A stretch of 64,000 nt of DNA, taken from Thermoplasmatota archaeon. GTDB lineage: Archaea > Thermoplasmatota > Thermoplasmata > UBA10834. The stretch lies in assembly GCA_040751795.1 (NCBI GenBank), contig JBFMHR010000004.1:128001-192000 (forward strand), in the 5' to 3' direction. The notes beneath the pieces were generated by a model. The model saw nothing but the letters and a program-made list of their open reading frames with translations, did no database searches and was not told the DNA's origin. A program made the translations under genes and the position numbers. Below, piece by piece: positions 18,177-25,911 of this stretch; position 1 is the first letter of the stretch, and the number at the start of each line of letters is the position of its first letter.

Positions 18177-18551
18177 GTGAATTGTACTCAATGTGGGTCG
18201 GAGAATCCGTCGAACGCGAGATTCTGCATTGCCTGCGGTTCGTCCTTGGCGAGAACGGCGTTTGGGATGCAGGCAGTTGCGGGACTGAGTGAAACACAAC
18301 GAATCGAAATCGTATCTGACAACGTAACCAGCAAGACCGAGAAACTTGCCTGTAGGGTACTGGGAGGCACCGCATGGATAGTCGTTTCTGCTGGGACATT
18401 CATAATCGCCATTGCATGGCTCAGTCTCATGGACATGAACTACTATGACGACGAACAGTTGATGCTCAAGATGATTGGCTACGGAGTGGTTGCATACGGA
18501 ATCTCAGCCATCCTCTTTGGGTTCAGAGCCTTCATCAGGACTCCGAGATGA
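18177..18551 (+). CDS. Zinc-ribbon + 2-TM protein
   Basis: MNCTQCGSENPSNARFCIACG; two hydrophobic helices. Confidence 0.8.
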   Translation: MNCTQCGSENPSNARFCIACGSSLARTAFGMQAVAGLSETQRIEIVSDNVTSKTEKLACRVLGGTAWIVVSAGTFIIAIAWLSLMDMNYYDDEQLMLKMIGYGVVAYGISAILFGFRAFIRTPR

Positions 18552-18735
18552 CATACAGGCGCATCGAAAGCGTCTAGGACGCGTTTCCTTCGATGGCCGT
18601 AACGCAACCCGTCGTCAGAGGTATCTTACCCCTGCCGAGACGTGTTAGAGGCGAATCCTCGGCTATTCCTGAATAGACCTGCATCTGAAGGCGCGAAAAG
18701 ACCATATGACGGCATGAGTATTCGCGGGGGAGGAC

Positions 18736-19287
18736 ATGGCGATCACCTGCTCCAACTGCGGCGCGAAAGGTCTGCTCGAGGGCGACCGATTCTGTAAATG
18801 GTGCGGCAACGTACTCCACATACTAGGGCCGGACCCGGAGGAAACAGCCACTCGGTGGCACATAGAGACCAATAGAACGACACACACGCGATTGAACTTC
18901 TGGTTGATAACCGAGGGCCTCTTGCTCACTGCATATGCAGCCGCGTCAATCGAACCGTCAGGCGATGCTACCGCTTATGTTCGCATCGTGATGTCTGCAA
19001 CGGGAGTGTTCTTCACGGTGGCTTGGTACCTTCTTTATGTTCGCTCGTGGCGGTACACTACCTGGTATTTCGAAAGGGCAAGGGCCATGAGTTGGTGGAG
19101 ATATGGGGGTTGGAAACATGGCACACCTGGTAATCCGCGCGACATACCTCCTTGGTCCGTGTATCCTCCCGAGGAACAGTGGTCTGTCTGGTCAGGAGGC
19201 GGTCTTGGCGCGGGCATAGGCGCAGGTTTGTTTCTAATTGCCTTCTTGTCAATATGGATTACTTTGATGGCGGTGTCGTTCTCCTGA
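18736..19287 (+). CDS. Zinc-ribbon + 3-TM protein
   Basis: CSNCG..FCKWCG; RLNFWLITEGLLLTAY helix; GGAGG RBS. Confidence 0.8.
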   Translation: MAITCSNCGAKGLLEGDRFCKWCGNVLHILGPDPEETATRWHIETNRTTHTRLNFWLITEGLLLTAYAAASIEPSGDATAYVRIVMSATGVFFTVAWYLLYVRSWRYTTWYFERARAMSWWRYGGWKHGTPGNPRDIPPWSVYPPEEQWSVWSGGGLGAGIGAGLFLIAFLSIWITLMAVSFS

Positions 19288-19371
19288 GTCAGAGAGAGCG
19301 GAGGGAAGAGCGGAGAGATTCAACCTCGTCGCCAATCGTCCTGAACCTTGGCTATTCGCGTGCAGAAAAGG

Positions 19372-19482
19372 GAAAGGGGTTTGGGTCCGTGCTCAATTTC
19401 CGTTGATTGACGACTAAGCCCGACATACTGGCTTGCTAGCAGAGCGAATCCCTTCGCGCCCGCTCTCAACCATATCCAGCAT
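19372..19482 (+). repeat. attP-like junction: right arm + 24-bp tRNA core + truncated left arm
   Basis: GGGTTT..CTCAAT-N5-TTGATTGAC-N13-ATACTGGCT-N11-CGAATCCCTTCGCGCCCGCTCTCA (core identical to 12494-12517), then ATATCCAGCAT at the same offset as the left arm. Confidence 0.85.
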
Positions 19483-19835
19483 GATCAGTTGTTTCTCCAC
19501 CCCATGACTGGTTCGGTGCTCGGAGAAGGAGAAGTAAGGGTGGAGGGCCGCAGAAAGGACAATATAGGCTCACGGATGTCTTCGGTTCATATGAGTGCGA
19601 CAGACAGGGAGGGCCCCACCACGAGCAATGAGCATCATTCGCGCCTCCTTCTATCCAAGGGATGATGGGTTGCGATACTTGCTCTTGCATCCGCACCATT
19701 GGCATTCATCTACATAGTGACCGAGGGGAGCGTAGGGCGATGGGTGGCATGGCTAGCCATTCCGCCTCTGCTTGTCGCCCTCTTATACTTCTATTATGTC
19801 TCCTACAGGGCTGTGTTCGGGGGCTCCAGACCTCG

Positions 19836-20033
19836 CTAATGGAACATGATTGGTTGGAGACTCAAGAGAGTGGATGTCTGGTCCCCTGATAACTCCTCCA
19901 TTTCCTGTCTTAGCTTGACCCGAGCCCTGTAAATCCTCATGTAGCAGGTCCAGCATAGCTTCTTTGTCTTCACAGGAACTCTCCCACACTGAATGCACGC
20001 ATGTCCAGGGCGGTACTTCCTGGGGTGCTTCAC
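19836..20033 (-). CDS. Small zinc-finger protein, possibly 5'-truncated at the tRNA fragment
   Basis: CIQCG..LCWTCY; candidate GTG start directly abuts the tRNA fragment at 20034. Confidence 0.45.
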   Translation of the reverse strand: MKHPRKYRPGHACIQCGRVPVKTKKLCWTCYMRIYRARVKLRQEMEELSGDQTSTLLSLQPIMFH

Positions 20034-20074
20034 TGGCACTTGCCTCCTGGGCAAGTGGTCAAGGGTTCGAATCC
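20034..20074 (+). pseudogene. tRNA-Arg(CCT) internal fragment (anticodon arm to T loop)
   Basis: 38/41 identical to 12460-12500. Confidence 0.85.
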
Positions 20075-20129
20075 GGTTGAGCACACCCCACTGAGACAAG
20101 CCCAAAATAGGGAACGGGAAAAGGGTCCG

Positions 20130-20660
20130 TTATGGAGAGAGCGACTCGTAGACTTTGTCGACCGCCTTCTCTATCTCGTCAAAGCAGACGTCATCGTTGC
20201 AGGCATTCAGTTTGCCCTTCAGGTTCTTGATCTTTATGCTCAAATCTGTCTTCGTCGATGAATAGGACAACAGTGAGTCCTTGGCGTAGCCGATGATGCC
20301 ACCGGTTCCCGAGACGCCGGCAACCACAGTGGTGATTGCGCCCAAGGCATCAGACCATGTGATGGCACCTATTGCGGTCAGGGACGTGATGACCGAAGAA
20401 GCAATGACAATGGCCATCTGGGTCCTTATGTGCCGGAGTTTGAGCTCCACAGCTTCCTCTAAGCCACTAATTCTGATTCCGATGTCCACCTTCCGGTTTA
20501 CTATGCTCCTTCCTATACTCTTCCTTATGTTCTTGGCCGAGCGTGCACTTGACGATACTGCATGCGCCCAAATCCAGTAGGCTATCTCTTTCCTAATCAA
20601 TCCATTCACCCTCTCTTCTCCTCGAACCACCGAGGCAGTACTGTGAATCAACCTGTGCAA
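20130..20660 (-). CDS. 2-TM hairpin protein with helical flanks (SLATT-like architecture)
   Basis: IVIASSVITSLTAIGAI and LGAITTVVAGVSGTGGIIG followed by a coiled coil; true start may be GTG 20609. Confidence 0.6.
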   Translation of the reverse strand: MHRLIHSTASVVRGEERVNGLIRKEIAYWIWAHAVSSSARSAKNIRKSIGRSIVNRKVDIGIRISGLEEAVELKLRHIRTQMAIVIASSVITSLTAIGAITWSDALGAITTVVAGVSGTGGIIGYAKDSLLSYSSTKTDLSIKIKNLKGKLNACNDDVCFDEIEKAVDKVYESLSP

Positions 20661-20691
20661 TATTAGTCGATTTCCTCAAGAATGGGTGAAG

Positions 20692-20778
20692 GAAGAGGGT
20701 TTGAGGACGAGCGAATTTTCCCTCTGATTGAACTGGCATCGCGACTTACTGGCTCTGTGAAGGTGCGAATCCCCTTCG
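20692..20778 (+). repeat. Degenerate right arm + tRNA core (att copy 2)
   Basis: GGGTTT..CTGATTGAA-N13-TTACTGGCT-N11-CGAATCCCCTTCG, same spacing as the other copies. Confidence 0.75.
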
Positions 20779-20797
20779 GTTCAATTCATAAGAGACA

Positions 20798-20823
20798 CCC
20801 TTAAGCCGACGAGAGCGATTCGG
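20798..20823 (+). promoter_or_regulatory. Shared cassette promoter motif, copy 2
   Basis: CCCTTAAGCC-N7-GCGATTCGG, then GGAGG and ATG. Confidence 0.65.
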
Positions 20824-20842
20824 GCAGGGAGGAGACGGTGAG

Positions 20843-21085
20843 ATGGTCATGCACTGTGCTAATTGTGGGTTCCCACTTGAGCCGAATGCGAGGTTCTGTC
20901 CAAGGTGTAGCTCGGTCTCTCTGGCAATCAGCCAAAGGGAACCTAGTCTAGAAAGAATCGCACTCGCAATTGAGCGGAATGCGACTGCGACCGAGAACAT
21001 ATACAACCTTATGCTCGCCGCGGCTGCCGTGACCGTTATCGTCGGCATACTTCTCGGAATTGTAGTAACTGGAGGTTGGCCCTAA
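20843..21085 (+). CDS. Zinc-ribbon + 1-TM protein
   Basis: HCANCGFPLEPNARFCPRCS; C-terminal TM. Confidence 0.78.
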   Translation: MVMHCANCGFPLEPNARFCPRCSSVSLAISQREPSLERIALAIERNATATENIYNLMLAAAAVTVIVGILLGIVVTGGWP

Positions 21086-21130
21086 ACGTAGGATGAGCGT
21101 CCAGGTCCGGGCTCGACTTCCTGCTGACGC

Positions 21131-21157
21131 AAGCCCTTAAGCCCTCTAAGGCGATCC
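21131..21157 (+). promoter_or_regulatory. Shared cassette promoter motif, copy 3
   Basis: AAGCCCTTAAGCC-N7-GCGATCC, then GAGGAG and ATG. Confidence 0.65.
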
Positions 21158-21174
21158 AGACACGAGGAGATGGC

Positions 21175-22023
21175 ATGGGTGGAACCCTTTCCCGTGTGTG
21201 TCTAGTGTTAGTAGTGTGCGCAGCGACACTTCTGATGTCCCTGGGTGCGTGTTGTGCGGCTCCAACCTCGACGACCGACAGTCGAACAGTGACTTTCTCA
21301 ATAGATCGACCAGATCTATGGCTTGACGCGAGGCTTCCTGTTGTCGCTACGTGGACTGACAGCTTCACGGCCTCAAAGGATGATGTCCTCGCACTCTCGT
21401 ACACGCTAGAATCTCAGGCAGCGAGCGTCGAGCTGACTCTTCCTCTCAGCGACTACCTTTGGTGGCTAGGCGTCGATGATGTTACTATCGATGTTCCTCT
21501 GGGAAACACTCCGTTGGTCGCGGAGTCAATCTCTCTAACCTCACTTGCAGGAATACCCTCTTGGGCAGCCTCACTGGACCTCAGGTTGAGTGGGTCCGTG
21601 CGTATGCACGACCTCTGCTGTGTCTCGGGTTCGGCGCTCATTCAAACGCCCGCTTCGGCGGTGACGTGGAGTACTTGGTCGACAGAGACGGCTCAGGTTA
21701 TTGCTCCGGAAAGCCCTGGTGCGTCTGTTCGCGCAACCCTCGCCTATGCGCTGGGGATAGGACTCACCCTGTCAGTCCTTGGAGCTGATGTCTACGATAT
21801 CATTCCTTCCTCTACGGTCTTGAGTGTGGTTGGCGCTCCGAGCCTTGAGACAGAGATTGATGTGCCGACACCAGCATCCGCAATGTCAATAGTCATGATT
21901 GGAGTTGCCATAGCTGCTGTCGTCGCGGTTGCTGCAATTCTGCTCATGGTCTTGCGACGCAAGAGAGGCAGTTCTGGGGCAGCCGAGACTGAATCGCCAC
22001 CTGAGGAACCGGAGATGCCATAA
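21175..22023 (+). CDS. Secreted, C-terminally membrane-anchored surface protein
   Basis: Signal peptide, Ser/Thr-rich beta region, TM followed by RRKR. Confidence 0.75.
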   Translation: MGGTLSRVCLVLVVCAATLLMSLGACCAAPTSTTDSRTVTFSIDRPDLWLDARLPVVATWTDSFTASKDDVLALSYTLESQAASVELTLPLSDYLWWLGVDDVTIDVPLGNTPLVAESISLTSLAGIPSWAASLDLRLSGSVRMHDLCCVSGSALIQTPASAVTWSTWSTETAQVIAPESPGASVRATLAYALGIGLTLSVLGADVYDIIPSSTVLSVVGAPSLETEIDVPTPASAMSIVMIGVAIAAVVAVAAILLMVLRRKRGSSGAAETESPPEEPEMP

Positions 22024-22379
22024 GACGCGTTCTTCTCGGTGGCCGTAACGCGAAGTGCATTCGGAGGCATCGAGCCCTTGCCGAGAGGAGACCCCCCTCG
22101 AATCCCAGGGATAGATCGGACGACATGGCCCTTTCTTCTCTACTGCGCCCTCGCATGAAATCTTTGAGGGGCATCCTTTGGCGATTGCGAGGAGAATCTC
22201 CTGAATCTAAGGTCTTGTCATGCTGGGCTCCATAAGGCCTTGTAGCGCAAAGGAAGGCCAGATAGGCAAAGGGTTCGAAGGAAGATTGGACGGCTAGGTC
22301 AATTCAGCGGTCATGACTTAGAATCTTCGGAGCAAAGATTTATCGCCTCTAATGCATTAAGGATTTTCGGAGGAAGACT

Positions 22380-22976
22380 GTGGGTGTTAAGAATTGTCCT
22401 TACTGCGGAACTGCGAACCTTCTCAATGCAGTGCAATGCGTGAGATGTGGAACTATGCTCGCGCTACCGACTCCTCCAAGACCTCCTTCTCATGCTGGTG
22501 CGATAGCAGCTGGTGTTGTTGCCTTCATAGTGGTAATAGTGGTTGTCCTTGCCTATACTAGCATCCTTTCAGTTCCTTCTGGAGACGGTGGTGTCGTCGA
22601 CCCAGTAGGCACAGTAACGACAAACATCCGTACTGATGAGAAGAATTGGTTTGACTTTGAATCAGGAAGCCAGAACGTCCCAAACTGTGATTTCTATGTA
22701 GATAGTACGCTTAATTTCTATACTTCCGTTGCTATAGGAGATTCGATGTTTATCTCCGATGTCGGCCCCGTGAGCGGTCTCGGTCAGGTTACGATTATTC
22801 CAACTTCTGGCTGGACTGAAGCATGCTCAATTATCTTGGGACACGGATATGTCGTTCAGACTACGGATAATCACTATTACGGGATGTATGCCGTTGACTG
22901 GATGACGGACGCAGTTTTTGGCGGAGTGATTGGCCTTCAATTCAAATGGTATTTCATGGGAGATGTTGCAGTTTAG
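22380..22976 (+). CDS. Zinc-ribbon + TM + extracellular beta-domain protein
   Basis: NCPYCGTANLLNAVQCVRCG, Pro linker, TM, aromatic-rich C-terminal domain; GGAGG RBS. Confidence 0.8.
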   Translation: MGVKNCPYCGTANLLNAVQCVRCGTMLALPTPPRPPSHAGAIAAGVVAFIVVIVVVLAYTSILSVPSGDGGVVDPVGTVTTNIRTDEKNWFDFESGSQNVPNCDFYVDSTLNFYTSVAIGDSMFISDVGPVSGLGQVTIIPTSGWTEACSIILGHGYVVQTTDNHYYGMYAVDWMTDAVFGGVIGLQFKWYFMGDVAV

Positions 22977-23002
22977 ACGACACCGGTTAGAGAAGAAGCC
23001 TT

Positions 23003-23091
23003 GAAAGGGGTTTAGCTCCGGCCTCAATCCGGTCTGATTGAATGGTTCTCCCGGCATACTGGCTATTCAAAGGTTCGAATCCCTTCGCGCC
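23003..23091 (+). repeat. Outermost right arm + attR
   Basis: AGCTCCG..CTCAAT-N5-CTGATTGAA-N13-ATACTGGCTAT then TCAAAGGTTCGAATCCCTTCGCGCC (24/25 identical to 12485-12509); GC rises downstream. Confidence 0.88.
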
Positions 23092-23250
23092 AGCCATTTC
23101 CATCCTTGAATGGCGCGAGGGCGTTTGAGATCCCTTCTGCCTCGGGCCACAGGCCCGAGGGTCGGGCGTTCATCCTGCTGGTTGGCTCACCGGGAGCAGT
23201 GGGGACTGCCGTGATAAGGTATATCCCCCCTGACTGGAGTGCGCTTCTGC

Positions 23251-23709
23251 ATGGCGACGCTGAGATGCCCTAGGTGCGGCAACATCGATAGCAGTTTCCA
23301 GTCACGGTTCTGCAACCTCTGCGGGGCGGCTCTTGTGGATGCCCAGGCGAAGGAGGAGATGATTGACGCGAAGCATTGGGAACTGCCGTTCATCCTCTCG
23401 ATTCACAGGGGGGAGTTGATCGTGAGGCCCGGCTCGGAGGACAGCTTCATCGAGTCCAGACGCAAGATCCTCGGCGCGAGAGCGGTGGTTGTGCATTCGA
23501 GAGCGACCTGGATCCGCAACAACGTCGTCATGGCCCTCTACTTCTTGATCGTCGCCGTCCTGCTCACTGCGGTCATGGCTTCCGCCGGGCTGCCGTGGAT
23601 CGGGGTATCAATCGGACTGTTGATGTTTGCGGTGTACTCACCCTACCTAGTGATGTTCATCTGGTCGCTGCAGCCGATAAACGACAGGAACAGATACTAC
23701 GGGCCTTGA
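23251..23709 (+). CDS. Zinc-ribbon + 2-TM protein (outside attR)
   Basis: RCPRCG..FCNLCG; two C-terminal TMs. Confidence 0.75.
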   Translation: MATLRCPRCGNIDSSFQSRFCNLCGAALVDAQAKEEMIDAKHWELPFILSIHRGELIVRPGSEDSFIESRRKILGARAVVVHSRATWIRNNVVMALYFLIVAVLLTAVMASAGLPWIGVSIGLLMFAVYSPYLVMFIWSLQPINDRNRYYGP

Positions 23710-23984
23710 GTCACGGCGGACATGGCAACCTGATTGGGCGCCCGGAGAGCCGTGAGGGGGAACGGAGTCCGGCTCCCGGCCCGGAAACCCCCCTCATCGA
23801 GTCACATCCCAGGTCTGCCGGCCTCTCAAGGCCTCGGCCCCCTTCGCCTTCGCTCCCCCCTCCGCCAGTGGTTGCTGACTAATATAACGACAAGTTTTTA
23901 TATAATCCCTACTCAAATATACCCTGGACGGGGGAGAGGCACCGGGACGCCCCGGGCCGACCCCCTTTGGATGAGGTGTAAGAG

Positions 23985-24449
23985 ATGGGAACACCACAGC
24001 AACCCAGTTCTAGGATGTGCGTCCAGTGCGGGAAGCCTATCGCCCAGGACGCGAACGTGTGCCCGTACTGCGGCAAGGACTACCGTGTCCAGGCAGCGCC
24101 GGCGGCCAAGAAGAAGACCGTGATGCCCCTGGTGGGCGGCATCCTGATCGTGGTCGGCGGCGTCCTCGCCCTGCTGGCAGGCATAGGCCTGGTGGCCAGC
24201 GTCGGGGCCTTCGACTCCCTGATGATCGTCGACGTCGAGGGCGTGGACATGCTCGAGGACCTCCTGACGGCCTGCGGCATACTGTTCATAATATTCGGCC
24301 TGATAGGACTCCTCGGAGGAGTGTTCGCCATAATGAGGAAGCACTTCGGCCTGGCGATACTCGGCGGCATATTCGCCCTCTTCGGGTGGTTCCTCCCGGC
24401 GCTGATCGGGCTCATCCTGGTCGGGATGTCGAAGGAAGAGTTCGAGTGA
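23985..24449 (+). CDS. Zinc-ribbon + multi-TM membrane protein with host codon usage
   Basis: CVQCG..CPYCG; Gly-rich TMs ending SKEEFE; TTTTATATA box and GAGGTG upstream. Confidence 0.85.
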   Translation: MGTPQQPSSRMCVQCGKPIAQDANVCPYCGKDYRVQAAPAAKKKTVMPLVGGILIVVGGVLALLAGIGLVASVGAFDSLMIVDVEGVDMLEDLLTACGILFIIFGLIGLLGGVFAIMRKHFGLAILGGIFALFGWFLPALIGLILVGMSKEEFE

Positions 24450-24515
24450 CCGGGTTCCCCGGCCGACGGACCTGAAACCCCTTCCAAGCCTTTGGTTTCC
24501 ACTCATATGCGCAGG

Positions 24516-25046
24516 TCACCCCCTGCGCGCCCTCCACCGCCTCTCGAACTCCGCCTCCCACCACGAGGCGTACCTCCTGACCCCCCTGCGCCGCATCCGG
24601 AGCGCCTCCACGGCGACCTCGTGGGCCAGTGCGGCCGCCTCCTCAGACCACGAGCCCCTCAGACCCCTGGGCACGACCAGGTAGGTCGGCGACTCGTCGA
24701 TGTACCTCGGGGGGACCCTCGCGAGGGCGTGGACGTCCGCGGCCCTCTCGCCGCCGGGGATGCCCTTCGAGTTGAACTGCGCGAGGTGCATCAGCTCGTG
24801 GGCGACGGTCCAGTGGGTGGGGTACCTCCAGCCGCCCCGTCCCCTCCTCACCTCGAGCATGAGCTTGGCGAACCCGTCGTCCGTCTGGAAGACCGCGCCG
24901 TCGTAAGCCCTGGTGATGCCGACGGCCAGCTCTCTCCTCATCTCGGGGAAGTAGCGGCCGAGGGCCCGGAGCCTCCTCTCCACCTCCCCCCGCACCTCGG
25001 GGGGCAGCTTCTTGGCCGTCCTGGTCCAGGAGATCGTAAGCGGCAT
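24516..25046 (-). CDS. Hypothetical protein with HExxH zinc-metallopeptidase motif
   Basis: TVAHELMHLAQ..GERAAD. Confidence 0.65.
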   Translation of the reverse strand: MPLTISWTRTAKKLPPEVRGEVERRLRALGRYFPEMRRELAVGITRAYDGAVFQTDDGFAKLMLEVRRGRGGWRYPTHWTVAHELMHLAQFNSKGIPGGERAADVHALARVPPRYIDESPTYLVVPRGLRGSWSEEAAALAHEVAVEALRMRRRGVRRYASWWEAEFERRWRARRG

Positions 25047-25089
25047 ATCGCTGCTCTATGGCGTCCGTCCCTCTTATCGGATGCGCCCC

Positions 25090-25836
25090 TCACTCCTCGA
25101 CGAGGACCTTCCCCTCTATGGAGACGACATACCTCCTGACGGGGATGTCCTTCCCTGACCTCCTCAGGGCCTCCATGGTGAGCCTCATGAGCCCCTGGCA
25201 GCAGGGGACCTCCATCATCACGACCGTGAGGCTCCTCGGGGAGGCGTCCCTGAAGAGCGCTGTGAGCTTGTCCAGGTAGGCCTGCTGCTCGTCCAGCTTC
25301 GGGCACCCTATGATGACGGGCCTCCCCCTGAGGAACCTCCCGTGGAAGTCCCTGTAGGCGAAGGGGACGCAGTCCGCAGCGAGGAGCACGTCCGCCCCCT
25401 TGAAGAACGGCATCGAGGGATGCACGAGCCTCCACTGCACCGGCCAGTTGGTCAGCTCCGGCGGCAGCGTCCCCGCGTCCGCCTGGGGCTGCGCCGGGGC
25501 CCTGGGCATCCCCTGCCCCGCCCTGAGTATCATGGGGTTGGACGAAGGGCAGCCGCACGGCTCCGTGGCCGCGTGCTCCGCGACGTGCTCCTCCCCGCCG
25601 TGGAGGTGCCTCTTGACGGCCTCCTCGTCGAACTCGGGTGCGTCCCTCTCGACGATCCTGAGGGCGCCCTGCGGGCACTCCCCTATGCACGCCCCGAGCC
25701 CGTCGCAGAACACGTCGCTCACGACCTTGGCCTTGCCGTCGACGATCCTGAGGGCCCCCTCGGCGCACGCAAGGGCGCACTGGCCACAGCCGTCGCACTT
25801 CTCCTCGTCTATCTCGATGATCTTCCTGAGGACCAT
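25090..25836 (-). CDS. 4Fe-4S dicluster ferredoxin-domain protein
   Basis: CDGCGQCALAC, CDGLGACIGECP, LTNWPVQ, AADC, GCPKLD, MEVPCC. Confidence 0.88.
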   Translation of the reverse strand: MVLRKIIEIDEEKCDGCGQCALACAEGALRIVDGKAKVVSDVFCDGLGACIGECPQGALRIVERDAPEFDEEAVKRHLHGGEEHVAEHAATEPCGCPSSNPMILRAGQGMPRAPAQPQADAGTLPPELTNWPVQWRLVHPSMPFFKGADVLLAADCVPFAYRDFHGRFLRGRPVIIGCPKLDEQQAYLDKLTALFRDASPRSLTVVMMEVPCCQGLMRLTMEALRRSGKDIPVRRYVVSIEGKVLVEE

Positions 25837-25911
25837 GCCTTCACCCGCCTGGTCACCATGACGGCCCCGGGGGTATCAAAAGGCATCGCCGGACACCGCC
25901 GGTGCCCCAGG

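Larger units (their letters stand above)
12485..23091. mobile_element. tRNA-Arg-integrated composite genomic island (tandem/nested integrative elements)
   Basis: Integrase abuts the tRNA 3' end; tRNA 3' duplications at 19445-19468, 20766-20778 and 23067-23091; visibly lower GC and loss of host codon bias across the interval. Confidence 0.9.

Noticed and set aside
19490-19835. Short ORFs in the region after the first att junction
   Set aside because: No recognisable motifs, RBS or consistent coding bias; likely decayed sequence
22269-22279. AAGGGTTCGAA match to the tRNA-Arg T arm between two cargo genes
   Set aside because: Only 11 bp and lacks the flanking arm motifs; a possible relic but not counted as an att site
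12515-23091. Canonical integron (IntI with attC sites)
   Set aside because: No attC-style palindromes with RYYYAAC/GTTRRRY ends were seen; the sites are tRNA-derived; no IntI-specific insertion was recognised
17900-23100. CRISPR array
   Set aside because: Repeats are kilobases apart and degenerate; no regular spacers and no cas genes
16056-24449. Diversity-generating retroelement explaining the variable zinc-ribbon genes
   Set aside because: No reverse transcriptase and no TR/VR pair differing only at adenines
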